NCBI GenBank assembly: GCA_038148075.1
Contig: JAYQUR010000001.1
Coordinates: 1 to 33,013 of the forward strand
Direction of reading: 5' to 3'
Length of the DNA: 33,013 nt
From: Alphaproteobacteria bacterium
GTDB lineage: Bacteria > Pseudomonadota > Alphaproteobacteria > MPNO01 > UBA830
Part shown: one piece after another, positions 1 through 9,166 of the stretch
Layout of the letters: each line of letters begins with the position of its first letter
Numbering within the stretch: the stretch's first letter is position 1
Program-made: the position numbers and the translations under genes
The notes under the pieces: generated by a model
Told to the model about the DNA's origin: nothing
What the model saw: only the letters and a program-made list of their open reading frames with translations
Databases searched by the model: none

Positions 1-1
1 C

Positions 2-1120
2 GAGATCGCGCGCCGGCTGGCGCGGCTGGCCGAAGCGCCGTTCCTCAAGGTCGAGGCGACCAAGTTCACTGAGGTCGGCTATGTCGGCCGCGACGTCGAA
101 TCGATCGTGCGCGATCTCGTCGAGATCGCGATCCACATGACGCGCGAGAAAATGCGCAAGGACGTCGTCGCCAAGGCCGAGCTCGCCGCCGAGGAACGCG
201 TGCTGGATGCGCTGGTCGGCGACACGGCGAGCGCGGACACCCGCCAGAAGTTCCGCACGATGCTGCGCCAGGGCGAACTCGACGGAAAGGAAATCGAAAT
301 CGACGTTCAGGACTCGGGCAGCGGACTGCCGACGTTCGACATTCCCGGCATGCCCGGCGCGCAGATGGGCATGATCAATCTGAACGACATGTTCGGAAAG
401 GCGTTCGGCCAGCAGACCAAGCCGAAGCGCATCACGGTGGGCGAGAGCCATGAGCTGCTCGTGGCCGAGGAGAGCGACAAGCTGCTCGACGACGATACCG
501 TCGTGCGCAACGCGATCGACTCGGTCGAGCAGAACGGCATCGTCTTCCTCGACGAAATCGACAAGATCTGCGCGCGCGCCGACACCCGCGTCGGTGCAGA
601 CGTCAGCCGCGAAGGCGTGCAGCGCGACCTGCTGCCGCTCATCGAGGGCACGACCGTTACGACCAAACACGGCGCGGTGAAGACGGACCACATCCTGTTC
701 ATCGCGTCGGGCGCGTTCCATCTGGCGAAGCCGTCTGACCTGTTGCCCGAACTGCAGGGCCGGCTGCCGATCCGCGTCGAGCTCAAGGCGCTGACCGAGG
801 AGGATTTCCGCCGCATCCTGACCGAGCCGGAGGCCAACCTGATCCGCCAGTACATCGCGCTGATGGAAACCGAGGAACTCACGCTGTCCTTCACCGACGA
901 TGCGATCGACGCGCTCGCGAAGCTCGCTGCAGAGGTCAACCGGACGGTGGAGAACATCGGCGCGCGCCGCCTGCATACCGTGATGGAGCGGCTGCTGGAG
1001 GAGGTTTCGTTCTCGGCGTCCGACCGCAGCGGCGAAAGCGTCACGATCGATGCGGATTACGTGAAGGAAAAGGTCGCCGATCTCGCCAAGGACGCGGATC
1101 TGTCCAAGTTCATCCTCTGA
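2..1120 (+). CDS. hslU: HslU, ATPase subunit of the HslVU (ClpYQ) protease; 5' end cut by the window edge
   Basis: The frame is open from base 2. It translates [39 protein letters not shown]..., followed by [10 protein letters not shown] (Walker B), [26 protein letters not shown] and GRLPIRVEL, and ends ...DLSKFIL. These are characteristic HslU AAA+ blocks. Confidence 0.96.
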   Translation, partial: EIARRLARLAEAPFLKVEATKFTEVGYVGRDVESIVRDLVEIAIHMTREKMRKDVVAKAELAAEERVLDALVGDTASADTRQKFRTMLRQGELDGKEIEIDVQDSGSGLPTFDIPGMPGAQMGMINLNDMFGKAFGQQTKPKRITVGESHELLVAEESDKLLDDDTVVRNAIDSVEQNGIVFLDEIDKICARADTRVGADVSREGVQRDLLPLIEGTTVTTKHGAVKTDHILFIASGAFHLAKPSDLLPELQGRLPIRVELKALTEEDFRRILTEPEANLIRQYIALMETEELTLSFTDDAIDALAKLAAEVNRTVENIGARRLHTVMERLLEEVSFSASDRSGESVTIDADYVKEKVADLAKDADLSKFIL

Positions 1121-1133
1121 TCCGGCCTGCGCC

Positions 1134-2534
1134 TTACCGGGCGGCGGTGTCGCGCAGCCGGTCGCCGATCCGCGCGTAGATTTCCTCCGCGATCAGATTG
1201 AGCCCGAAGCGCGTGTAGTGCGCGCCCGTCACGAACAGGGAATTTTCCGGATATCCCGCGAAGCGGCTCTGGTACATAGGCCCGTCATGCCGGGCGAGCA
1301 TGTCGGCTAACCCGTAATGTTCGCCGCCGTAGCGCCGGGCGATGCCGCCGCCGCGGGCGACGATGTCGGGGTATTTTTCGGTGAGGTTGCGCCAGCGGTC
1401 CGCGTGATCGCGGCGCTCTTCGTCCCGCCGGGCCAGGTCGCGGGGCGATAGCGCCGTGCCGTGCGCCAGGCCGAGCTGTAGGCTCGGCTGCTCGAACGTC
1501 GCGAAGCCGATGTCCAGCTTGTTCGCGAGCCGGTAGATGCGTTCGAGATTGGTCATGTAGACGTCGGCGTAGCGCTGGAAATTTGCATCGTCCGCGGCCG
1601 CCTCGATGGTGTCTCCGACGAAGCTCTTCTTCGGCGGCGCCAGCGCATCGACAATCGCCTTGTAGGATCGCAGCCGCCGCAGGATCAGATCGAGTGTGCT
1701 CGCGGTTTCGCGGAACAGGTGGAGGACCTGTGCCTTGAAGGAGTAGAGCGACAGGTAACGCTTCATTCGCTCGCTGAAGGTTGCCGGCATGGCTACGTTG
1801 CTACCGCCGAGATCGTTCAGCCCCAGGAACATAATGAGGAAATCGGGATCGAGCGACTGGCCGTAGGTCGCGAAGGTCGCGTAGTGGAATGTCGAGATCC
1901 CCGACGGGATACCCATATTCAGCACCTCGAACCGCTTGGCGCCTCCGATTCGGTCGTTGAGGATCTTCTGCAGCTGCGCCGGGATGGTTGAATAGTCGTC
2001 CGGCGCATTCCATCCGAACAGACCGGAATCCCCCATCACGATGATGCGGAAGACGCCGTCCCGTTTGGCCCCGAACTCGCCGCCCCGGAACCCGAGACTG
2101 TTGGTGTTTACCGCAGGCGTCCGGTAGTTCGAAGGCAGCTTGAGGACGCGAATGCCGTCCGGGATAAACTCGACCCGCATGGTGATCGGATTGTAGTCGC
2201 CGTCGATCTCCGACTGCAGCCGCGCGCCGGGCGGCGCCTGTTCGGGAGCCGGTCCGGCCGCTACGGACGGACCCGAGCGGGCCGCGACGTAGTCGTATGC
2301 CGTCCATCCCATTTCGAGGACGAACAGAAGAAACAACGGGAAAAGCGGTCCCAGAATTCTGATGGACCGCTCGGGGCGAAACGAGACGGCCGCCGCCACG
2401 TAGGCGGTGACGGGCACCAGCCAGAGCGCCGCCCAATGCAGCGGCACGACGGTGGTCCGGAAGGCGAAGGCGACGGCGAAAAGCAGGACCGCCGCCAAAA
2501 CCGCCGCCGTTGCGATCACTCGCCGCTTGAACAT
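1134..2534 (-). CDS. Membrane-anchored SGNH/GDSL-family hydrolase or acyltransferase-like protein
   Basis: 466-aa ORF with GAGGG about 6 nt upstream of the ATG. About 3 hydrophobic N-terminal segments are followed by a soluble domain with SGNH block I (IIVMGDSGLFGW), block II-like (NMGIPSG), block III (FLGLNDLGG) and a block V-like GAHYT. G/C-dominated third positions support coding. Confidence 0.72.
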   Translation of the reverse strand: MFKRRVIATAAVLAAVLLFAVAFAFRTTVVPLHWAALWLVPVTAYVAAAVSFRPERSIRILGPLFPLFLLFVLEMGWTAYDYVAARSGPSVAAGPAPEQAPPGARLQSEIDGDYNPITMRVEFIPDGIRVLKLPSNYRTPAVNTNSLGFRGGEFGAKRDGVFRIIVMGDSGLFGWNAPDDYSTIPAQLQKILNDRIGGAKRFEVLNMGIPSGISTFHYATFATYGQSLDPDFLIMFLGLNDLGGSNVAMPATFSERMKRYLSLYSFKAQVLHLFRETASTLDLILRRLRSYKAIVDALAPPKKSFVGDTIEAAADDANFQRYADVYMTNLERIYRLANKLDIGFATFEQPSLQLGLAHGTALSPRDLARRDEERRDHADRWRNLTEKYPDIVARGGGIARRYGGEHYGLADMLARHDGPMYQSRFAGYPENSLFVTGAHYTRFGLNLIAEEIYARIGDRLRDTAAR

Positions 2535-2616
2535 TCTCGCCCTCTGCTCGTTGGAATGCCGACCATCCGCCTAAGCCATGCGCGATTCGCCAAGTCAACG
2601 CGACGGCCCCGCGGGC

Positions 2617-3168
2617 TCAGCGCTTCCTCTTGAGCAGCACGTAGAACGCGCCGCCGCCGCCGTCGGTCGGCTGGGCCTGGGCGAAGCCGAGCACGCGGCT
2701 CCGGTTGCCCGCGGCGTTGAGCCAGGCCGGCAGTTCGCGGCGGATCACGCCGCCGCCCTGCTTAAGCGATCCCTTTCCGGTAATGACCAGGACGCAACGC
2801 TTGCCGGCGGCCTGCGCGGTGGCGAGAAATCCCGACAGGGCCGAATGCGCCGTATCGGCCGTCATCCCGTGCAGGTCGATGCGCGCTTCCGGCCGGAGCC
2901 GGCCTTTGCGTAGCCGGTCCATGGTGCGCCGGTCGAGGTTTGCAGGCACGCCCGCTTCCAGCGGCGCAGGCCGCCGGCTTGGCGGTTCGCTGCGCGGCAT
3001 CGCGACGGGCATTTCCCGCATCCGGACCGGGCCGGAAGGCGGTTGCGAATCGACCGTCTCGCCGTCCCGCCGCGGCGCGGCATCGCCCAGCGGTTCGGCA
3101 TCCGCCATGGCACGGCGGAACAGTTCGCGCTCTTCCGCGGTCGGGTGCCGGTCAGGTCGTTTCGCCAT
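2617..3168 (-). CDS. Smr (MutS2-related small nuclease) domain protein
   Basis: The C-terminal half reads RIDLHGMTADTAHSALSGFLATAQAAGKRCVLVITGKG...GGVIRRELPAWL, the classic Smr domain signature. Its ATG overlaps the end of lutC by 17 nt. Confidence 0.85.
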   Translation of the reverse strand: MAKRPDRHPTAEERELFRRAMADAEPLGDAAPRRDGETVDSQPPSGPVRMREMPVAMPRSEPPSRRPAPLEAGVPANLDRRTMDRLRKGRLRPEARIDLHGMTADTAHSALSGFLATAQAAGKRCVLVITGKGSLKQGGGVIRRELPAWLNAAGNRSRVLGFAQAQPTDGGGGAFYVLLKRKR

Positions 3169-3826
3169 CGGCTTTTCCGACCAGCACGATGTGAAGGCGG
3201 CGCGGACCGTGCACGCCGATGGTCACTGTCCGCTCGATGTCCGACGACCGCGACGGACCGGTGATCAGCGTCACCGTGCGCGGCAGCGCAGCGCCTGTTT
3301 CGCCGTCGGGACGCATCTCGGCCCAGGCGTCCTCGTAGGCGCCGACGACATCCGACGCCTCGAGAACGACGACGTGGGTGTCGGGCAGGAAATTGAGCGT
3401 GTAGGGCGAGGAGGCGCCAGACCGAACCATCAGCGAACCGGTTTCCGCGATGCCGGCGGCGGCCGGAGTGATCGAGACGAGGTCGTCGACCCCTGCCGCG
3501 CCTTGCCGCAGGGTAAGCGCGGTTCGTTCCCACGGCAGCGCGCCGAGCGCGGCGCTGGGCGCCATCGCCGCTACGCTCGGCAGGTTCTCGCCTGCGAGGT
3601 AGGCCGCAACCGCTTCCGGCACGTCGTCGGGGGCGGCCACGCGGTCGACCGTCGCCGACGCTTCTTCGGCCATCGCGACGAAACGTGCGACAAGCTCGAC
3701 CGGCGTTCCGCGGCCGCGCGCCGGGACCAGCGTCGTCGCAGCATAGGCGGGCGTCGGCACGGCCGCCCCTTCCGCCCGCCCGGTCGCGCGCCGGATACGA
3801 CCGAGAATATCGTCGCGCGCGCTCAT
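3152..3826 (-). CDS. lutC: LutC, lactate utilisation protein C (LUD/YkgG family)
   Basis: 224-aa product MSARDDILGRIRRA... with ...GIAETGSLMV...LNFLPDTHVVVL...ITGPSRSSDIE..., typical of the LUD domain. Its ATG overlaps the lutB stop (ATGA at 3823-3826). The longer 614-aa track ORF is an in-frame upstream extension lying inside lutB. Confidence 0.85.
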   Translation of the reverse strand: MSARDDILGRIRRATGRAEGAAVPTPAYAATTLVPARGRGTPVELVARFVAMAEEASATVDRVAAPDDVPEAVAAYLAGENLPSVAAMAPSAALGALPWERTALTLRQGAAGVDDLVSITPAAAGIAETGSLMVRSGASSPYTLNFLPDTHVVVLEASDVVGAYEDAWAEMRPDGETGAALPRTVTLITGPSRSSDIERTVTIGVHGPRRLHIVLVGKADGETT

Positions 3827-5253
3827 GCCCCGGGCTTCCGTCCGCGTTTCCAGCGATCGATGAAGGTGCCGCCTTCCGGTGCCGGCAGGTCGCGCTCGGC
3901 GGTCCAGCCGCTCGCAAACGGCAGCGAGCGGAACCGCCCGCGCCTCCCGCCCAGCCGTTTCAACAGCCCGATCCCGATCCGCGCGCCGAAGCGATAGAGA
4001 CCGGGTCGCCGCGCCGCCCAGCCCCACAGGCTGACCGCGATGCGCCTGCGCGCCTTGTTGAGGCGGCGGTCGTGCGCCACTTCGCGCCACTTGCGCATCA
4101 GGCCCGGCAGCGGAATGCGCATCGGGCACACCGCCTGGCAGTTGCCGCAGAAGGACGACGCTTCCGGCAGCGGCCAGGCCTTGTCTACACCGGCCAGCGC
4201 GGGGCCGAGGACGGCGCCGATCGGCCCGCCATAGACGCCGCCGTAGGCGTGGCCGCCGGCCGCGCCGTAGACAGGGCATGCCGACTGGCAGGCGCCGCAG
4301 CGGATGCAGCGCAGCACGTCGCGGAAGGCGCCGTCGAGCAGGTCGGTCCGGCCGTTGTCGAGAAGGACGAGATGAAACTCTTCCGGTCCGTCCGGGTCGC
4401 CCGCGCGCCGCGCGCCGGTGGCGGTCGTCGTGTAGCAGGTGATCTCCTGCCCGGTCGCCGAACGGGCGAGAATGCGCAGGATGGTCAACGCGTCCTCGAT
4501 GCGCGGCACGACTTTCTCGATGGTGGCGATCGCGATATGAACGCGCGGCAGGGTTTGCGTCAGGTCGCCGTTGCCCTCGTTGGTGACGACGACGATGGAA
4601 CCCGTCTCGGCTACCAGCATGTTCGCTCCCGTGATGCCGACGTCGGCGGCGAGGAATTTCTCGCGCAGCTTGTGGCGCGCTTCCTCCGTCATCGACGCCG
4701 GTTCCTCCAGCGGCCGGTCGGCCGGCAGGTCGGTATGGAAGTCGCGGAACGTCTCTGCGATCTGCTCCTTCTTCAGATGAATCGCCGGCATCACCAGATG
4801 GCTCGGCGTTTCCTCGCGGAGCTGCAGGATGTATTCGCCGAGGTCGGTCTCGACGACATCCAGGCCGGCGGCAATCAGATGGTCGTTGAGCGCGATCTCC
4901 TCCGAGACCATCGACTTGCCCTTGCCGACCGTTCTTGCTCCCGCCTTGCGGCAGATATCCAGGATCGTGGCCCGCGCCTCGCTGGCGTCGCGGCACCAGT
5001 GCATCTGGCCGCCCGCGTCCGCGAGGTTCGCTTCGAAAGTTTCCAGGTAGTGATCGAGATTGGCCAGCGTGTGGTTCTTGATCTCGACGGCGCGATCGCG
5101 CAGCGCCTCGAACTCCGGCAGGCGTCCCACGATGCCCGGCCGGGCGAGGCGCGTATCGCGCTGCAGCTTGGACAGCGCCGCCTGCAGGTTCGCATCGGCC
5201 CGCGCCCGCGCCGCGTTGTCGGCGAATTTCAGGCTGTCGAGATGCGCGACCAT
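3823..5253 (-). CDS. lutB: LutB, lactate utilisation iron-sulfur protein B
   Basis: Begins MVAHLDSLKFADNAARA... and carries two 4Fe-4S ferredoxin motifs (CIRCGACQSACPVY and CGNCQAVCPMRIP) plus a LUD-type domain (GITGANMLVAETGSIVVVTNEGNG). Its ATG overlaps the lutA stop (ATGA at 5251-5255). Confidence 0.93.
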   Translation of the reverse strand: MVAHLDSLKFADNAARARADANLQAALSKLQRDTRLARPGIVGRLPEFEALRDRAVEIKNHTLANLDHYLETFEANLADAGGQMHWCRDASEARATILDICRKAGARTVGKGKSMVSEEIALNDHLIAAGLDVVETDLGEYILQLREETPSHLVMPAIHLKKEQIAETFRDFHTDLPADRPLEEPASMTEEARHKLREKFLAADVGITGANMLVAETGSIVVVTNEGNGDLTQTLPRVHIAIATIEKVVPRIEDALTILRILARSATGQEITCYTTTATGARRAGDPDGPEEFHLVLLDNGRTDLLDGAFRDVLRCIRCGACQSACPVYGAAGGHAYGGVYGGPIGAVLGPALAGVDKAWPLPEASSFCGNCQAVCPMRIPLPGLMRKWREVAHDRRLNKARRRIAVSLWGWAARRPGLYRFGARIGIGLLKRLGGRRGRFRSLPFASGWTAERDLPAPEGGTFIDRWKRGRKPGA

Positions 5254-6044
5254 CAGCGATCCCCGCTTTCGGCCTCGTCCCGCCCTTCGCCGATGGCGGG
5301 CCCGTCCGCCATCCCGGCGAGCACCTCCGCGACGTGCCGCGCCCGGATGCGGAGGCCGCGCCGCGACAGCCTGCCCGCGATGTTCATCAGGCATCCCAGG
5401 TCGCCCGCAAGCACGGTGTCGGCGCCGGTCGCGGCGATATCGTCAACCTTTCGATCGACCATGGCGCCCGAGACACCCGGATACTTGATGCAGAACGTTC
5501 CGCCGAAGCCGCAGCAAACGTCGAGAGCGTCAAGCTCCTTCACCGTCGCGCCGGGGACCGCCGACAGAAGCGCGCGCGGCTGCGCCGCGACGTTATGTTC
5601 GCGCAGACTCGAACAGCTATCGTGATAGGCCGCGTCGCCCTGCCAGCGCACGCCCTCGGGTGTCCAGTCGCGAACGTCGGCGAGGAATGCCGTGAGCTCC
5701 CAGCATTTTTCCGCAAACGCGCCGGCGCGGTCTGCCCAAGCGCCGTCGTCGGCGAGCAGGTCCGGATAGTGGCGTTTCAGCATTCCCGCGCAGGAACCCG
5801 ACGGTGCGACGACATAGTCGAACGGCTCGAACAGCGCGATCGTCTGGCGCGCGATGGCAGCGGCCGCTGCCCGGTCGCCGGAATTGTAGGCCGGTTGGCC
5901 GCAGCAGACCTGGCGCAGCGGCACCTCTACCCGACACCCCGCGCGTTCCAGCAGGGCTGCCGTCGCGAAACCCACGGTCGGCCGGTAGAGGTCGACAAGG
6001 CAGGTGGCGAACAGGCCGACGGTCGGCGTGTCGGATGGCGTCAT
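5253..6044 (-). CDS. lutA: LutA, lactate utilisation protein A (CCG-domain Fe-S oxidoreductase)
   Basis: MTPSDTPTVGLFATCLVDLYRP... with two cysteine-rich CCG motifs (VCCGQPAYNSGD and VCCGFGGTF). The start is set at the internal ATG at 6044, which gives the typical N-terminus. The track ORF extends 19 codons further, to 6101. Confidence 0.88.
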   Translation of the reverse strand: MTPSDTPTVGLFATCLVDLYRPTVGFATAALLERAGCRVEVPLRQVCCGQPAYNSGDRAAAAAIARQTIALFEPFDYVVAPSGSCAGMLKRHYPDLLADDGAWADRAGAFAEKCWELTAFLADVRDWTPEGVRWQGDAAYHDSCSSLREHNVAAQPRALLSAVPGATVKELDALDVCCGFGGTFCIKYPGVSGAMVDRKVDDIAATGADTVLAGDLGCLMNIAGRLSRRGLRIRARHVAEVLAGMADGPAIGEGRDEAESGDR

Positions 6045-6090
6045 GGGGCGTTCCCGTACCGGAGTGCCGTCAAGGATGGCGGCGCGTCGG

Positions 6091-7056
6091 CTACTCCGCA
6101 AGGGCGAACATCAGCAGGAAGGTGCGCTGCAGGTCGTTGAAGTTGTCGTCGGACAGAATGTAGATCAGCGTTTTCCCGTGCCTGTCGCGACGGACGGAGA
6201 TGCCCTCGAAGTTGTCGGCGATCAGGGGCGGGATGAGCTGGCCCAGTTCCTTTCCCTCGAAGATTTTACCCGGGCCGATGTCGCGCGGGTCGATCACGGA
6301 AATTCGGGTCCCGATGCCGCCAAGCGTCGTGAACCGGCGTTCGAGGAGGAAGACCGCGCCGTCGTCGTCGCGCGTCGCGAGGCCGACCGGCAGGTAGATT
6401 CCCGACCGGCGGAGGCCGACCGCGCGCCACTCGCGGCCGGAGCCGATCCATCCCGCGGCGATGCCCGGCCGGGCTTCGAGCCCCTCCGACAGGATCAGCA
6501 GTTCGTTGCCCCGCAGCCGGGTGATCGCTTCCGCCCCGCCGTTCGGCGGCGACGTTCGCAGGACGGGCGGGCTCGCCATCCGACGGGCGCCACTTCCTGG
6601 CGCGGCGTAGTGGCGCAGCCGGTGGAGGCGTTCGAATCCGACGACGTAGCTGCCGTCGGCCAGCCGCGCGATCGATTCCGAGTCCCGGTCGCCTTTCCGC
6701 TCCAGCGTGCGACCGCCCGCGCCGAGGACCGCCAGGATTTCGCCGTCCGTTGCGTTCACGAGATCGCCGTTGCCGTTGTAGACGAGCGTCGCGCGAAACC
6801 AGATGCCGCGGTCGCCGACGGCGACGAGCTTCGTTCCGTCGGCCGAGATGTCGAGACCCGACAGGCCGCCGAACCGGCGATCCGGCGAGCGCAGGTCGAT
6901 GCCGCCGCGGAAGATCAACCTGTCGATCCGGTCGACGTCGGGGTTTTCGAAGGACATGACGACCTGCCGGGAATGAATCTCCACCGGGTCGGCGCGGCCG
7001 GCGGGCGGTGCGGCGATCGTGCCCAGAATCGCCGCGAGAACCGGGAGAAAACGCAC
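6091..7056 (-). CDS. Secreted protein of the esterase-like-activity-of-phytase family (beta-propeller-like), function unknown
   Basis: A GTG at 7056 is preceded by GAGAGGG. The product begins with a signal-peptide-like VRFLPVLAAILGTIAAPPAGRA and contains FGGLSGLDISADGTKLVAVGDRG, SESIARLADGSYVVGFE, NGGAEAIT and NFEGISV repeats reminiscent of the PF13449 family. The upstream part of the 451-aa track ORF overlaps mltA and is Arg-rich junk. Confidence 0.62.
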   Translation of the reverse strand: MRFLPVLAAILGTIAAPPAGRADPVEIHSRQVVMSFENPDVDRIDRLIFRGGIDLRSPDRRFGGLSGLDISADGTKLVAVGDRGIWFRATLVYNGNGDLVNATDGEILAVLGAGGRTLERKGDRDSESIARLADGSYVVGFERLHRLRHYAAPGSGARRMASPPVLRTSPPNGGAEAITRLRGNELLILSEGLEARPGIAAGWIGSGREWRAVGLRRSGIYLPVGLATRDDDGAVFLLERRFTTLGGIGTRISVIDPRDIGPGKIFEGKELGQLIPPLIADNFEGISVRRDRHGKTLIYILSDDNFNDLQRTFLLMFALAE

Positions 7057-7070
7057 GCCGGCCCTCTCGG

Positions 7071-8267
7071 TCAGTTTGCCGCCGTCGAGCGCGGCCGAAG
7101 GAACCAGTAGCGCCCCGGGGACTGCATCGCGCCGGCGCGCGCCGCGGCCTCCGAGCCGGGCCCCCAGAAAATATCGGCACGGACCGACCCGCGGATCGCG
7201 CCGCCGGTATCCTGGGCGATCATCAGCCGCCGTAGCGGCGGCGCCCCGTCTCCCGGCAGCACGGTGTCGAGCCAGACCGGCATGCCGAGCGGGAACCGCC
7301 GCCGGTCGATCGCGATGCTGCGGCCTGGCGTCAGCGGCGCGCCGAGGGCGCCGAGCGGTCCGGGTCCCTCGAGCTCGCGAAAGAAAACGTAGGACCGGTT
7401 GGTGCGCATGAGTTTCGCGCCTTCCGTCGGACGCGCGGCAAGCCACTTGCGGATCGCCTGCATGGACATTTCCTCGCGCGGAACTTCGCCGCGGTCGATC
7501 AGTTCCCGGCCGATGGACGAATAGGGATGCCCGTTGGTGCCCGCGTAGCCGACGCGAACGATCGTTCCGTCCCGCAGCCTTACCCGGCCCGAGCCCTGGA
7601 TGTGGAGAAAGAACGCGTCTGCGGCGCTGTCGACCCAGACCAGCTCGAGGTCGCGCCCCCTGAGGACGCCGCGGTCGATCCCGGCGCGGTCGTGGTAGGG
7701 CTCGAGCCGGCCCGCCACAACGCGCCCCGCGATCCTCTTCCCTTTCAGCTCGTCGTCGAAGCGGCCCAGGTCGACCGCCACGAGATCCGGCGGACGCCGG
7801 TAAAGCGGAACCGTGTATCGGCCGCCGCGCTGCAGCGCCCCCCTCAGTTCGGGTTCGTAGTATCCGGTGATCAGCCCTTCCGGATCGCCGTCTGCGGCAG
7901 TGACGCGCAGCGGCTCGAAATGGCGTTCGAAATAGGCGCGCGCCGCCTGCGGCGAGGATGGATCGACGGACGCGGCCGCTTCGCAGACGCGTTTCCAGTC
8001 GGAAGCGCCGCCGAGCGGACCCGCTGGCATGCGCGTGAGGCGCGGGCAGGAGGTCGCAAAGGTTGCCAGCGCGGCCGCATGATCGTCGGCGGCCCAGCCC
8101 GGCAGGTCGGCGAAGGAAGCGGGGACGAAGCGCGCCTCGTCGTCCGGGATGTCCTCACGCGTCGCGCAGCCGGCGAGGATGGCGGCAAGAGCCGCGACGG
8201 CGGCAAGGCTTCTGAATGATCCGGGGGCAGCGCGATGGTGGGAGCGTGGCATGGGCTGACGCGTCAT
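7071..8267 (-). CDS. mltA: Membrane-bound lytic murein transglycosylase A (lipoprotein)
   Basis: Lipobox AILAGC near the N-terminus. MltA-specific blocks are present: ITGYYEPELRG, FFLHIQGSGRVRL, GYAGTNGHPYSSIGR, the 3D-domain motif IAIDRRRFPLG and AQDTGGAIRG. Confidence 0.92.
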   Translation of the reverse strand: MTRQPMPRSHHRAAPGSFRSLAAVAALAAILAGCATREDIPDDEARFVPASFADLPGWAADDHAAALATFATSCPRLTRMPAGPLGGASDWKRVCEAAASVDPSSPQAARAYFERHFEPLRVTAADGDPEGLITGYYEPELRGALQRGGRYTVPLYRRPPDLVAVDLGRFDDELKGKRIAGRVVAGRLEPYHDRAGIDRGVLRGRDLELVWVDSAADAFFLHIQGSGRVRLRDGTIVRVGYAGTNGHPYSSIGRELIDRGEVPREEMSMQAIRKWLAARPTEGAKLMRTNRSYVFFRELEGPGPLGALGAPLTPGRSIAIDRRRFPLGMPVWLDTVLPGDGAPPLRRLMIAQDTGGAIRGSVRADIFWGPGSEAAARAGAMQSPGRYWFLRPRSTAAN

Positions 8268-8289
8268 ATGCGGCGCCGCGGGTGGTCCA

Positions 8290-8967
8290 TCAGTTCTGGC
8301 TGCGGGTTTCGACCAGTTTCCAATTCGGGTCGCGCGATGCGGTGTTGCGGCTGAAGGTCCAAATATCGGTGATCTCGGTGACCTGGTTCGGGTCGCCTTC
8401 GATGATGCGGTCTTGCGAATCCAGCGTCACGTTGACCTGCTCGGAGACGAACTTGACCGTGACCATGGCGTCTTGGCCGTCCATGTCCGCTTCGACGATC
8501 TCGGCCGACTTGATGCCGATGATGGTCGTGTCGAGCGTGTTTTCCGCTTCCGTGCGCGTATCGATCGCCTCGTCGAAGCCCTCGTAGACTTCGTCGGCCA
8601 GAAGATTCCGGAGCGTTTCCTTGTCCCCTTCCGCGAACGCCTGCACGATCATTTCGAAAGCGGCGCGGGCGCCGTCGGCGAACCCGGCGGGGTCGAACGA
8701 ATTGTCCGCGATGCGGATCCGCGTCAGCCCGGCCGACAGCGGGTCGTTGGGGTCGATTTCGGCGTCCGTTTCCGCATCGTCGCGCCGGTTCGGCAGCTCA
8801 ACGACGTTGCCTTCGGACTGCGACTCCTGCGATCGCGTGGAAAGCGGATCGTGGCGCGGCTGTTCGTGGCCGGTGCGCCGGCCGAGGACGCTCCGCAGGC
8901 GCAGAACGAGAAACGCCGCCACCATCGCGAACAGTACGATGTCTAGGAACTGGAAACCCTCACCCAT
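8290..8967 (-). CDS. Tim44-like domain protein (alphaproteobacterial inner-membrane protein)
   Basis: An N-terminal TM segment (FLDIVLFAMVAAFLVLRLRSVLGRRTG) is followed by a C-terminal Tim44-type fold (AFEMIVQAFAEGDKETLRNLL...VTEITDIWTFSR...PNWKLVETRS). It sits next to mltA, as is usual in alphaproteobacteria. Confidence 0.85.
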   Translation of the reverse strand: MGEGFQFLDIVLFAMVAAFLVLRLRSVLGRRTGHEQPRHDPLSTRSQESQSEGNVVELPNRRDDAETDAEIDPNDPLSAGLTRIRIADNSFDPAGFADGARAAFEMIVQAFAEGDKETLRNLLADEVYEGFDEAIDTRTEAENTLDTTIIGIKSAEIVEADMDGQDAMVTVKFVSEQVNVTLDSQDRIIEGDPNQVTEITDIWTFSRNTASRDPNWKLVETRSQN

Positions 8968-9166
8968 AACTTCGCTTTCCCGCGCTCTGGAACGCGCTTC
9001 GCGGCGGCCGTCACCATTGCGTCCGGATGGTCGGATGGACGCGCGAACGAGCCTTCGCTATACCCTTTTCGGCGCGCGGCAGCGACCCCTGTCCCGAAAT
9101 AGCCTTGATCGTCGCCCACAACGCCCTCATCTGTGTACATAAGACCTCCTCCGGGAAATCGCAAGC

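Noticed and set aside
3685-5625. 646-aa plus-strand ORF, together with 2705-3997, 2862-3917 and 3152-4996 upstream of 3826, across the lutABC/smr region.
   Set aside because: It lies antisense to or out of frame with genes that have clear family motifs (LutA/B/C, Smr). The translations are Arg/Ala/Gly/Pro-rich low-complexity strings typical of non-coding frames in GC-rich DNA.
9120-9166. CCUCCUCC on the plus strand as a possible anti-SD loop of an alphaproteobacterial 'cuckoo'-type small RNA.
   Set aside because: There is only a single copy of the motif. I could not find flanking complementary arms to place it in a hairpin loop, and no terminator follows. The reading as a minus-strand SD is kept as a separate finding.
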